A DNA stretch of 63,707 bases, filler included, from Octopus bimaculoides (GCF_001194135.2; 6 parts of 5 records of this genome joined end to end with filler, not necessarily neighbours in it), one strand, 5' to 3'. Counted from the first letter of the whole stretch, positions 12,105-25,098 are shown. Numbers and translations: made by a program. The notes: generated by a model not told the origin, from the sequence alone.

Positions 12105-12833
12105 GTCTGTCTGTCTGTCTGTCTGTTCTCTGTATGTCTGTCTGTCTATCTGTGTGTTTGCGTGTGCGCGTGCGTATATATATATTATTAACTTTTGAAT
12201 GATGAAGTAATGTATTTCACTCATAAAAATATTAGTTAAATTAACTTCAATCGTGTTTGTTTTGTTTTGGAGAGATTTATAGAAAGCTTTAACTTTCATT
12301 GTAGTCGTATCTATGGAAGACTGGCAGGATTATTATTTGTATGGACCTAAAATTGCATTTTAGCATATAGTTTAGCTATTGCAGTTTACTATTAATACCG
12401 ATACAATGTACATTGGTTTATATGTTTCTTTGTTGTAGTTTTATTAAAGTTAGTGTTTAATCCTGCCCATAAATTGATTTATTGAAATAATGTAGTTATT
12501 AAGCTTTTACGTTTATATTATACTACGAAGACGCTAGGGATTATAATTATTGTATGACTTAGACTGTCGCTGTTTAGTTACGTATTTAGGAATTGGTTGT
12601 AATTTACTTATTAAATTTGTTTATCGATACAGTTGTACATAAGGTAAATGTGTTTGAAAGGTGTGGTTTCTTTGGTTTGTTTGTTCCCAAACAACGCTTA
12701 ATTTAGTGCTGTTGACACCGCCAGATTGAATGGTACTGTCCAGGTGTCGAAAGCATAATGATATCCGTGGGGCAGCTGATGATGGAGGTATGTTGGATTG
12801 TTGGTATGGCTGTGGAATAGTATTATAGCACAT

Positions 12834-12868
<35 letters not shown>

Positions 12869-13075
12869 NNNNNNNNNNNNNNNNNNNNNNNNNNNNNNNN
12901 NNNNNNNNNNNNNNNNNNACATACGCACGCATATATATTTATAACTATATATATGTATATATTTAGTGTTCAAAAATCATGATATGAACCTGGTAGTTTG
13001 CGGTAAAGCACGTTCACTGACTTAGTGTTCGTTGGGTATATAATTAATGACAGAAACGGAAGATGGAAGATACAA

Positions 13076-13463
13076 GAATATTTATTGATTACTACAATCG
13101 TTTCTCATCTAGCATCGATCCCTCGCGAGTGGAATACTATACAACTGGTTTAGGCGTACCCCTCGGGGTAGAGTGTCTCCTCAGATTATTTCAAGAGGTA
13201 TCTCGTTAAAATAAACTCTGTTTCGTAAACTTATTTCTGTATATTTTGTACTTGGTCTTCGTGTATAGAAATGGCAAATTATAGAAGACCCTTTAATTTG
13301 CCATTTCTATACACGAAGACCAAAAAAAAAAAAAAAAAAAAAAAAAAACATACAAAAGTAAGTTGTACGAAACAGAGATAACTCTTGAAACCACCTGAGG
13401 AGACACACCCGTGAGGGATCGATGCTAGATGAGTTGAAACGATTGTAGTGATAAATAAAGAAT
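13076..13463. repeat. ~390-bp imperfect palindrome made of two head-to-head copies of a hammerhead-bearing repeat
   Basis: Perfect 30-bp inner arms at 13252-13281 and 13294-13323 with a 12-nt loop. The outer arms also match (TCATCTAGCATCGATCCCTC / GAGGGATCGATGCTAGATGA; GTGTCTCCTCAG / CTGAGGAGACAC). Confidence 0.9.
13391..13452 (+). ncRNA. Type I hammerhead-like motif
   Basis: CCAC-CTGAGGA-GAC...GTT-GAAA-CGATTG-TA-GTGAT. Core intact, predicted cleavage after 13447. A mirror copy lies on the minus strand at 13088-13189. Confidence 0.55.
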
Positions 13464-13464
13464 C

Positions 13465-13514
<50 letters not shown>

Positions 13515-13984
13515 AGTCGAGAGCTTCGAGCATTGGCACTTAACGAATTCCCGTTGAATAAAAAGGGAAAAACACACTTAACAAACCCCTTACAATGGCG
13601 ACAAGATTGCCACGATCATCTGATCATAGGTATTCTTGATCAGGGTTGATTTGAAATGAAACGATGTAAAAAAAATAACAATAATAAGAAAAGTAACAAA
13701 ACAAAAAAAACAGTTGCAACAACAACGGCAACAGCAATAACAACAGAAAAATACCAACAAAACACAATAACAACAATGATAACAACACCAGGAAAATATT
13801 AGGAAAAAACAATAATAATACTGATATGAAAAACATTAACAACAATAACAGCAATAATAACATCCATAAAAACAACAAACACAGCAACAACAACAACAGC
13901 AAAAATACCAACAACAAACAAAGATAATAATAATAATAACAATATCAATGACAACAAAAACAACAATAACAATAACTATACCTA

Positions 13985-14205
13985 TGATCCTCTCTGATAT
14001 TGACTCAGGACCTGAAATTTTGGAGGAAGGAGTCTTGTCAATTACATCGACCCCAGTACCTGACTAGTATTCTATTTGATCGATCTTCGGAAGGATGAAA
14101 GGTAAATTCAGCTTCGGCAGCATTTGAACTCAGTACGTGAAGACGACGAAATGCCACTAAGCATTGTTCCCGGCGCTGTAACGATTCAGCCAGCTCACTG
14201 CCAAT

Positions 14206-14284
<79 letters not shown>
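13985..14284 (+). mobile_element. Repeat family A copy with long (TAA)n tail
   Basis: Family A body at 13985-14205 and (TAA)n at 14206-14284. Confidence 0.85.
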
Positions 14285-14286
<2 letters not shown>

Positions 14287-14354
14287 TAAGAAATTAAGGC
14301 AAATAGACCAGATATAGTTGTCAAAGATCATGAAGAAAAAAAATGCTTTCTAAT
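14287..14354 (+). mobile_element. R4/Dong-like LINE fragment, restriction-like endonuclease
   Basis: KEIKANRPDIVVKDHEEKKCFL contains the RPD motif of the PD-(D/E)xK endonuclease. Truncated by a gap. Confidence 0.75.
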
Positions 14355-15255
14355 NNNNNNNNNNNNNNNNNNNNNNNNNNNNNNNNNNNNNNNNNNNNNN
14401 NNNNNNNNNNNNNNNNNNNNNNNNNNNNNNNNNNNNNNNNNNNNNNNNNNNNNNNNNNNNNNNNNNNNNNNNNNNNNNNNNNNNNNNNNNNNNNNNNNNN
14501 NNNNNNNNNNNNNNNNNNNNNNNNNNNNNNNNNNNNNNNNNNNNNNNNNNNNNNNNNNNNNNNNNNNNNNNNNNNNNNNNNNNNNNNNNNNNNNNNNNNN
14601 NNNNNNNNNNNNNNNNNNNNNNNNNNNNNNNNNNNNNNNNNNNNNNNNNNNNNNNNNNNNNNNNNNNNNNNNNNNNNNNNNNNNNNNNNNNNNNNNNNNN
14701 NNNNNNNNNNNNNNNNNNNNNNNNNNNNNNNNNNNNNNNNNNNNNNNNNNNNNNNNNNNNNNNNNNNNNNNNNNNNNNNNNNNNNNNNNNNNNNNNNNNN
14801 NNNNNNNNNNNNNNNNNNNNNNNNNNNNNNNNNNNNNNNNNNNNNNNNNNNNNNNNNNNNNNNNNNNNNNNNNNNNNNNNNNNNNNNNNNNNNNNNNNNN
14901 NNNNNNNNNNNNNNNNNNNNNNNNNNNNNNNNNNNNNNNNNNNNNNNNNNNNNNNNNNNNNNNNNNNNNNNNNNNNNNNNNNNNNNNNNNNNNNNNNNNN
15001 NNNNNNNNNNNNNNNNNNNNNNNNNNNNNNNNNNNNNNNNNNNNNNNNNNNNNNNNNNNNNNNNNNNNNNNNNNNNNNNNNNNNNNNNNNNNNNNNNNNN
15101 NNNNNNNNNNNNNNNNNNNNNNNNNNNNNNNNNNNNNNNNNNNNNNNNNNNNNNNNNNNNNNNNNNNNNNNNNNNNNNNNNNNNNNNNNNNNNNNNNNNN
15201 NNNNNNNNNNNNNNNNNNNNNNNNNNNNNNNNNNNNNNNNNNNNNNNNNNNNNNN

Positions 15256-15272
15256 CGACGCTCTTCCGATCT
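15256..15272 (+). other. Illumina adapter remnant (assembly artefact)
   Basis: CGACGCTCTTCCGATCT is the 3' end of the TruSeq read-1 adapter and sits exactly at a contig edge. Confidence 0.95.
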
Positions 15273-15880
15273 TAGACACGACAAAGTATCTCAAAACCTT
15301 CACTGACTACTATGCCAGAAGTATGGCTATGAAGTAATGGGTGCTTGGTACCAACATATACCGGAAAAGGTAATGGACGAAAAGGGGGAGGCAAAAATCC
15401 TCTGGGACTTTGATTTCCAGACAAAGTGAGAGAGCATTGAAGGCCGGATACAGTAACCTTTAGGAGGGACAAACAAGAGTGCCTAATAATCGACTTAGCA
15501 TTGCCAGGAGATCGACATATCATCATGAAAGAAAGAGAAAAAGTTGATTGATATGGAGACCTGAGAATTGAGATTGATAAGATGTGGCAGCTACGAGAGA
15601 CGAATATAAAGGTTATCCCTATTGTCATCGGAGCATTGGGTTCAGTACTACCCAATCTGAAAAAACATCTGAAAGCCTTAGAAATGCCCTACAGTCTAGA
15701 TGTATTGCAAAAGTCGGCATTACTTGGAACTACACGCATATTGCGTAAAGTACTGTCTGAGGTCCTTGTTGTGACTTGACAAACAGTACAAAACCCCGGT
15801 AGACACAATATTTTCAATCAACAACCTCACGATATTGTATACTGTGCGACGTCTATAATAATAATGATAATAATAATAAA
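15273..15880 (+). mobile_element. R4/Dong-like LINE 3' end (CCHC tail and REL endonuclease), degenerate
   Basis: RHDKVSQNLH*LLCQKYG..WYQHIPEKV..KILWDFDFQT..CLIIDLALPGD..KVIPIVIGALG..LQKSALLGTTRILRKVL, followed by a TAA tail at 15858-15880. Confidence 0.85.
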
Positions 15881-16446
15881 TGCCCTGATGCAGTACCAGG
15901 CAGTGGCTCTCATGGCTTCTCATATTAACTGAAAGGAAGTGTTATTGTGTACATTGCTTTGTCTTGGTATAAAAGATGGGCTACAGCAAATATTCTGCTC
16001 AATACGACATATTTGCTTGTCAATTGTTTGACCTTAACCAGTTGAGCATGTCCCTTGGTGGCTGAAGATATGCGCATCTCTGATCACGAGCAGAAGTAGT
16101 GGGAAAGCATCGTAGCCATATGTTGAGAGGAATTCTTTGGTGTTTGAATAATTCACCTCTGGAAACATGGGTGTTTCGTTCAACATCCTTAAACAACCCT
16201 TATTCAGGGACCTTTTAAGCGAGATGGGGTACATGAAGAAAATTCTAGCAGGGCCCCACCTGAAGGTCATGTGCTGTTTATCTTGATATGAGATCACTAT
16301 GTTGCGCACATATGGTTGTGATGCATGTGCCTGATGTACCCTTATCAGACAGGTAGTCATGATGGGTATACTGGGCTTCGTATATTTTACTCCAGTGTCA
16401 CTTTGATGGCAAGCACTACTCTTTCACTCAATAACAATAATAGCAT

Positions 16447-16600
16447 TAACCTTTTCATCTATAGCCACAAAGTCTGACATTTTGGGTGAGGGGTAGTCGA
16501 TTACATCGATACTTGTACTTGACAAATACTTTATTTCATCGATCTCCGGAGGGTGATAGGCAAAGCATCCTCGGTGGAATTTGAACTCAGGACGTAGTAG
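16447..16600 (+). mobile_element. Repeat family A, partial
   Basis: GTAGTCGATTACATCGA..GGAATTTGAACTCAG motifs. Confidence 0.7.
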
Positions 16601-16959
16601 ATAAAACGTTGCAGAAAAATATAGTTGTGTTTAAATTGAAAAAGTAGGGTGGTGAGACTGGTGGTGGCGGTGGTGGTGGTGATAGTGGGCAGGGGTATGA
16701 TTGGTATATGCTCTGTAGTGCACTGGGCAACAAGGATTTGTTTCGGGTTTCTGTTTCAAATTGGTGCTTGTAATGTTTTGTCTTTTCTCCTTTACTTGTT
16801 TCAGTCATTGGACAGCGGCCATGTTGGGGCACCACGTTAAAGCGTTTAGTCGAAAAAGAAAATAATAAAAAGCTTGTAGCGGTCTGCCGCACCCAAGTGA
16901 AATCCGATATGAATTCATTCTGTGTAGTTTCTTGCACCTCTCATAGCCATCACACACTC

Positions 16960-17077
16960 ACGCGCGCACAGGCACACCACACACATACAAACAGTATTGT
17001 GGTTGTTACTATCAATTTCTTCAACACGATCAACATTGCTACCCTCCTCCTTCTCCTTCTCCTCGTTGTCGCCGTCG

Positions 17078-17120
<43 letters not shown>

Positions 17121-17252
17121 TATCATCATCATCATCACCACAATCATCTTCACCATCATCATTAATGTCACAACCATCCTCCTCATTGTCATTACTCTCA
17201 GCAGCAACAGCACCATCACTATCATCATCGTCGTCGACGTCGTCGTTTTCGA

Positions 17253-17286
<34 letters not shown>

Positions 17287-17470
17287 GTTGTCGTCGTTAC
17301 ATCTTCATAATTGTAGCTGTCGCCGTAATCATGATCATGGTGGTCATTATAGCTTACCACTATCATCATTCATATGCAGATGACTATCGTTTCATAAACA
17401 TCCCCTACTGCCTCATCACCTTCTTCTTCTCCTCCTTCTTTCCTCCTCCTCCTCTCCTTCCCTATCACAA
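16960..17470. repeat. (CAT)n-rich low-complexity tract
   Basis: Directly visible. Confidence 0.9.
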
Positions 17471-18160
17471 CCCCGTCGTCGTCAGACATTCATTAATAAT
17501 TAAATAAGAATAATTAAAACATCGTTCTTTGTATTCTACATAATAATCTCATCTTAGAATACTTACCGACCGATGGGTGGTATATTGAGGTATACCCATC
17601 TCTGCCTCTACCATCATACTTTACAGGTTCTAGCACGGCCGTCTGTTTAAACAGTTAGACTCATGGTTCGTTCCCACTATGTGATATCCTGTGTAAGTAC
17701 CTTTTATCGGAACATAAAGTCGAGCTGTGCCTTGTGGGTGAGTTTGGGAGATGAAAACTGCCAGGAATCGATCTAGAGGTACTGTATTCGTAAATCTAAA
17801 GGTTTAGCCTCACTTCTTCATATATTGTATTACAAGGATTTTTGCATGAGAATATTTATGTTAAGGACACTTGTGTCTGTGGTATACCAAGCCACTTATA
17901 CAAGCATACAATGAATAGATCGTTCTACTGATTGATCAACTGGAATGCTCATCGCCGAAATCGATGGAGATTCATTTAATCTCTGCTAATTCTGCTGCTA
18001 TATTAATGATGCGTATGGCATGTATGTGTGTGTGTGTGTGTATGTGTGTAAATATAGAGGGTGTGTGATACTGTGTTCGAGAGAAAATTTAAAAAGCAAC
18101 AACGCGAGGACGTGGTACAAGCAAAGTATTAATAAGACGCTCAGGGAAGGAAAGAAAGAG

Positions 18161-18197
18161 TGTTTTACGTTTCGAGCAATGCTCTTCTTCAGAAACA
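18161..18197 (-). ncRNA. Structurally complete minimal type I hammerhead ribozyme candidate
   Basis: Minus strand: UGUUU-CUGAAGA-A-GAGC-AUU-GCUC-GAAA-CG-UA-AAACA. 5-bp helix I, 4-bp helix II, loopless palindromic helix III (ACGU) and a GUA cleavage triplet. Confidence 0.7.
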
Positions 18198-18346
18198 GGA
18201 GACAGAGGAAAGTCCAAGAGAAAAGGAAGAATGAGGAAAAAATGACAACAATCCACGAGTAGTTACGCACACACACACACTCATATATATATATACATAC
18301 ATACATACACATATATATATAATATAAACACATACGTATACATAGA

Positions 18347-18383
<37 letters not shown>

Positions 18384-18459
18384 GAAGAAATGCATAGTAA
18401 ATAAACGACAGATAAAAAATGTATACGTATACAACCGGACGGGTCGCAAACACTGAGGG

Positions 18460-18509
<50 letters not shown>

Positions 18510-18632
18510 GCACGCACACAGACCAATATAAATATACACACGAACAAAAATACGTACATACATATACATATGTGTGTGTATACATTCATATGTATAATTA
18601 CATATATTTAGAAGATTGATAGAAAGATATAT

Positions 18633-18671
<39 letters not shown>

Positions 18672-18843
18672 GACACATGAACATGCACACCTGTATATGT
18701 GTATGTGCGTGTGCACATACATATATACATACATATGCACCACGCATGCACAAACGCAAACACATACATGTACTCAGTCAGTGATACAAACATACACGCA
18801 TAACACACACACACACACATAGACACACGCGAACACACACTCA

Positions 18844-18908
<65 letters not shown>

Positions 18909-19274
18909 ATTGAATATATATATATATATATATATGTGTATATGTATTTACCGAATCTCTGCCTGCATATTCAATCTTAATGATCAGTGTAATTAATTAC
19001 ATTATGCATTCTAATTAATTAAACTTTAATTACAGCTATTTAATCTATACGACTGCACGCTGTCACAGCATGGTATGACGGGTTGGTCAGTGGAATCACT
19101 TAATGAAATCCCACTCATTGATATAACACTGGACAGCTGAATTCTGCTTCAGCCGCCAACACCAGCCTCTCTAATACCTTAATACACTCTGCTTGATAAG
19201 ACTTGTTAATCACGTCCGCCATGCTAAGCTAATTCTATTTACTCTCGATGATAGCGCGGTCGTCTTCGTTGCTG

Positions 19275-19275
19275 A

Positions 19276-19315
<40 letters not shown>

Positions 19316-19358
19316 GCCTTTTTTTATAGTAGTTCTTTTAGTTGTAGTTGTCGTTGCT

Positions 19359-19422
<64 letters not shown>

Positions 19423-19430
19423 TAGTAGTG

Positions 19431-19462
<32 letters not shown>

Positions 19463-19787
19463 NNNNNNNNNNNNNNNNNNNNNNNNNNNNNNNNNNNNNN
19501 NNNNNNNNNNNNNNNNNNNNNNNNNNNNNNNNNNNNNNNNNNNNNNNNNNNNNNNNNNNNNNNNNNNNNNNNNNNNNNNNNNNNNNNNNNNNNNNNNNNN
19601 NNNNNNNNNNNNNNNNNNNNNNNNNNNNNNNNNNNNNNNNNNNNNNNNNNNNNNNNNNNNNNNNNNNNNNNNNNNNNNNNNNNNNNNNNNNNNNNNNNNN
19701 NGTAGTAGTAACCACAGCAACAGCACCACCAGCACCAGCTGTAGTAGTAGTAGTAGTAATAGTAGTAGTAGTAGTAGCAGCAGCAGC

Positions 19788-19825
<38 letters not shown>

Positions 19826-19950
19826 CAGCAGTGGCAGCAACAGTATAGCAATAGTAGTAGTAGCAGCAGGTGTGATGGTCGTGGTGGTTGCTGTTATCGC
19901 TGTTTCTGTTATTACTGTAGTTGATACAGTTGGTGGTGGTGGTGGTGGTG
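19275..19950. repeat. (GTT)n/(GTA)n/(GCA)n low-complexity tract spanning a gap
   Basis: Directly visible. Confidence 0.9.
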
Positions 19951-20449
19951 TGTCATTTAAACACCTACGAGTATTACTCAGTATATCATTTAAACTCTCA
20001 GTACTCTGCAGCATGTCATTTAAACCAGTATTACTCAGCACTAGTAACAGCCATTGCTGTTCTTGATGGGGATGGCGCTGATTGCTGGGAATCGGATATA
20101 AACAAATAACCTTCCTTTCTTTTGAGCAAAGCGACAACATTTATTTGACTTTTTATGTTACTGTTTATTCCCCTATCAGCTTTGATCGAGCAAATGATCT
20201 ATGACCAAATAAGTATCAGTCTTGATAAACCAATCATGATATACAATCATTATTACAATATCCAGTATGATTTAAATTATGTAATACAGTATTGTGTGGT
20301 TTGGTGGAGATTTGGCTTCTATCTCTAACAAGTCTGGTATTTCGAAGATGTTTCGTATAGGTCTCTCTCTCTTCTTCAGTTGAATGTGCGCAAAACTTCT
20401 CTCCTAAATGTCTGGAATTGTCTTATAGCTGATCTGGGTAAGGAACTGG

Positions 20450-20690
20450 GTGTTCTCCAGTTTTATGTCTTCTGCCTACTGCAATTCATGCCAGACAGAT
20501 TTGGAAGAACACAGTAAGGACGGATAGAAAACTAAATGAACCCCGTTAAAGGTGGCATAGAGAAATCCTGAGGATCAACCGGAAAGACTGTGTCACAAAT
20601 AAAGAGATTCTGAGAAGAGCGAGGTCACGACAATCAAGAGATTGTAGCAGAGCTCCGGTTTTGCCTGGCTGGCTATATTCTCCGTCTAGC
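20450..20690 (+). mobile_element. RTE LINE relic
   Basis: RWHREILRINRKDCVTNKEILRRAR resembles the RTE motif RCLRRILRISWKDRVTNEEILRRA. Confidence 0.7.
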
Positions 20691-20780
20691 CGAGTGGTTC
20701 TCAACCATTTAAAAAAAAAATCTATGGACCCCTTTGATTACGATTTCCTTCTGCCTCTCCCCCCACACCTAGCCATTCGT

Positions 20781-21035
20781 GGAGGCGCGTGGCTGAGTGG
20801 TTAGGGTGTTGGACTCCTGATCGTAAGATTGTGGTTTCGATTCCTGGGCCTGACGACGCGTTGTGTTCTTGAGCAAAACACTTCATTTCACGTTGCTCCA
20901 GTCAACTCAGCTTGCGAAAATGTGTAATTTTGCGACGGACCGGCTTCCAGTATAGGTGGGGAACTTATGCCCCGTGAAACCGGGAAACCGGTCCTCATGA
21001 GTCGGTATGACTCGAAAAGGTAACTTTACCTTTAC
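20781..21035 (+). mobile_element. tRNA-derived SINE family 3
   Basis: A-box GTGGCTGAGTGGTT and B-box GGTTTCGATTCC, followed by a CTTGAGCAAAACACTT body and a TTTACC repeat tail. Confidence 0.8.
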
Positions 21036-22225
21036 TATAGGCATTCGATGTTTAAAAACTAGTTTTATACATATCTCTTTCAAAATTCCTGGTAGAGATA
21101 ATTTCTCTGGCTTTTGCAAGGCCCATCGAATTGGTGAGATCGATACTGCTGATGCTCAATTTGATCATTTATAAGTGAACTTCAGTCTAAAAAACGCTCG
21201 CTGACAAGACCAGTTCCAGAGGACTTGATGTTCTAGAGAGAAAAGATTGGTCATGATGGTTAATGCGAGCAATAGGGAGTGAGTGAGTCATATGAGAATA
21301 TGAGAGATGATTGTGTTGGTTGGTCTGAGCAACGATGGTATGTTGAGCTCATATGAACAGAGACCCCTGCAGTAGAGATTGTAAAACAGAAAAAAAAAGA
21401 AAAAGAAAAGAAACGGAGTGAAGAGAAGAATAGGGAGATAGCAAATATGCAAACCAAAAGCTGAAGTGGTGAGTAAGTTCTTGGTTAATCAGAGGGATTG
21501 CTGTTGGTCGTAGCTCAGATTATTTGTGTTTGTAGCTGTAATGACGAGATCTCAAATGTAATTCCGTTGAGACTCGAACTTATAGAGCCAGCAATTATTT
21601 CAGTAACGGAGCCGAAATATTACTTTCTCGCCTTCAAAAACAAGGTTAGCTGCTCTTTGGAATGCATCTTTTGCTATTATGCATGAAGGATTTCTTGGGA
21701 AAAAAATCATCATAGATCGAGAAGTCATAAAGTCTCTACCTGTAATCACTTTAACTGGTTTTAGTTGTGAGTTTTCTCAACCTTAGAAAGTGCGTGAGGG
21801 CTGCCCTCTTTCATAAGATCTTTGAACTATGACCGTCGTTCTTTATGGAAACATCGTCAGCCAAACAAGCATTTAAACACCGGGTGAAATAACAGTTTGT
21901 TGACAGTTTTCACTAAACCGTTATATTAACAAACTATTGTTGTTTTCTTTTCGTGTATTTGTAATTATTAAAATATAGTTCAGTTCGTCCTAATCGATAG
22001 AAGATCGATAACTAATGACTAGTTAGTCAATAAACCATTTGATAATAATGATTTGTAACATTGGAAAAATTCTGCAACTGGTAGGTTCAGAAGCGGTGGG
22101 GAGTAGACTTTGATTTGAATAAACCGCCAATACTTCTGTGTTTTTCCTTTTGCAGAACTTTCACAACGAAAGGTTAAGTCGATTCAATAATAATAATAAT
22201 GATGATGATGATAATAATAAAAATA

Positions 22226-22633
<408 letters not shown>

Positions 22634-23071
22634 TGATACAACCAGATATAACGATTGTAGATAAGGAAAAACGAAGCTGCTTACTTATCGACCTATCATG
22701 CCCGTTTGATTGCAGAATCATAAAGAAAGAGGAAGAAAAACAAAGAAAATACAATCCCTTGAAAATTGAAATAGGAAGAATTTGGAGCATGCGAACAGTA
22801 AAAGTCGTGCCTATTATAATTGGTGCGTTGGGGACAGTAAGCCAAGATATAGACAAATGGCTGAACGAGATTGAAGTAGAATGTCCGGTAGAGCTCCTAC
22901 AAAAAGTTAGTCTCTTAGGGACAGCAAGAATTATCAGGAGAGTTCTGAGCACTTGAAAGACGGCCGAAAACTTATGGATACTTAAGGTTACAAGTAGTAA
23001 CCCGCTATCCGCATAAATCTTGCAAGGAATAAGACTGAACCTGAGTCAAACCAAAAATAATAATAATAATA
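22634..23071 (+). mobile_element. R4/Dong-like LINE 3' end (REL endonuclease), open frame retained
   Basis: IQPDITIVDKEKRSCLLIDLSCPFD..KEEEKQRKYNPLKIEIGRIW..VVPIIIGALG..LLQKVSLLGTARIIRRVL. A 3' UTR follows, then (TAA)n at 23057-23071. Confidence 0.9.
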
Positions 23072-23146
23072 ACAAATGACATCTTGCTCCGGTCCAGGGG
23101 GCAAGATGTCACACACACACACACACACAGACACACNNNNNNNNNN

Positions 23147-23201
<55 letters not shown>

Positions 23202-23584
23202 ACAACACAACACATGCACATACACGCATGCACATACACGCATGCACATACACACACACATACACTCAAATTGTATTTAAATTAGTTTAGTTAGGAGACT
23301 TTAAGGTGTAGTATCCAAATCTTGTTACGAGAATATCCCTTGTAGTGTGCCTACAGAGCACGTTCACCGCTTGCGGCTACCAAACATCATCCGGGGTAGT
23401 GTACTTACGTCGCTGGATGTATGAAATGAATTCCCAGGTGCACGCTGAGTGTATTCTAAATGATTAATACGGAAAACAGAGTGTATTGGAAGTTTTGTTT
23501 AGGACAACGATCGTTTCGGCTTACTTCTACACTGGCCCCTAGTGGATGGGGAACGATGTAATGGAATCGAATGCACCTCATATA

Positions 23585-23745
23585 TATATGTATACGACAG
23601 GCTTCTTTCAGTTTCTGTCAGCCAAGTCCACTCACAGAGCTTTGGGCGGTCCTAGTCGATAGTAGAAGACACTTGTCCAAGATGCCACGCCGTAGGAGTG
23701 AACACAGAACCATTTGGCTAAAAATCAATCTTCCTACGACACACC
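23585..23745 (-). mobile_element. SINE family 2, 5' half
   Basis: GGCTTCTTTCAGTTTC..AAGACACTTGTCCAAG..GAACCATTTGG. Confidence 0.8.
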
Positions 23746-24984
23746 CACGACTATATATACATATATATATATTTATATTTATATATGCATATGATGGTCT
23801 TGGCATAGTTACTATCTACCAAAGCATGCTCAAAAGATATTATTCAGCCAAGGGCTATGTCAATCGAAACTTGCGTAAGATGTTGCACTGTTCGACCGAA
23901 CCTGCGCCCATTCCTGATATAACTATTTCGTCTCTATTTGTAAGTTTGGGACTTTTAAAACATTCCAAAAGATCGCAAAACATTTGTGACACAATACCGC
24001 TGCTGTTGCTATTATTGGTATAACAACTATTGTAGAAACCTATGATCAAAACCATTTCAGCCGAAACCATTCTTGCCTTTTTTCCGAGATACAGTGAAGT
24101 TCAAGATCCCATTGCCCAAGTTGCCCTCCATTACTTCTAACACGATACAATGTCATTAAAGAAGATTTCTGCTGCTATTGTAGATGCCAGTCACATTCAT
24201 ATAGTTAGTACTCTCTTAAACTTTCTACTTTATGTTTACGTCTGCTTTTTTTTTCTCTTTTTTCTTTTTTTTTTCTTTTTTGAGACTTGATTCAAAGATT
24301 TTACTTTCCTGAATCTCTAGGGGAAAATACGAAAAACAATAAAAAATCTTTTCGATTTGCCGCAAAAATAAAAGCATTTAACGAATATATATATATATAT
24401 ATTCATTCATATACGTAGATACACTTCCAACACATACACACGAACACAAACACGCACACACACACACATATATATGTATATATGTGTGTGTGTGTGTGTG
24501 TGTGTTTGTGTTTGTGTGTATGTGTGCATATGTGTGCATTAAAAACTTAAGAGAAAAGAAATAGTAACGAATTACTTATAAAACATAAGTAAAATTTTTC
24601 GCCAGCATTCCCTACTTCCTTCAGACATTTTAGATTCAAAATCAGAGAGCTTTGAAGGAAACAGAAGATATGTGCAATAAATCTAAGATTGATCAATAAA
24701 TAATCGTAACAACCACAACAAGAGCAACAACAGTAACAATAGCAACAACAACAATAACAACAGTAAGGATTCCTGCTGTTAATGATAGTAATGCTAGCTG
24801 TAATATGTTTTAGAATAAACCAGATAACATGATTGAATAAGAGAAAGACTAAAGAACAAACGCAATGAAAAAAGCTATCCCATGCTGCTTAAAATTCCAA
24901 TTAAAACAGTATATAGTAAGTCTCTACTTGGTCGCTTAAATCTGCAAGAAACAGCAGCCAAATCTCTCTATTCCTCTCTCTCTG

Positions 24985-25017
<33 letters not shown>

Positions 25018-25018
25018 G

Positions 25019-25098
<80 letters not shown>

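Noticed and set aside
2846-13291. 15-bp exact match AATTATAGAAGACCC at 2846 and 13277
   Set aside because: A match of this length is expected by chance in 64 kb of AT-rich DNA.
15881-16430. Non-repetitive-looking block sharing the TAA array, with ORF 16034-16360
   Set aside because: No recognisable domain and no second copy in the window. It is probably an interspersed repeat, but I cannot support a call.
19951-20040. CRISPR-like repeat/spacer appearance
   Set aside because: Only three degenerate units with related middles, eukaryotic context and no cas genes.
21538-21590. Hammerhead-like ATGACGA-GATCTCAA..TTGAGACTC-GAAC
   Set aside because: Two core mismatches and no helix I or III.
22156-22172. 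17-nt micro-exon (tttgcag|...|gttaag)
   Set aside because: The donor overlaps a family A repeat motif (AGGTTAAGTCGAT), so it is likely coincidental.
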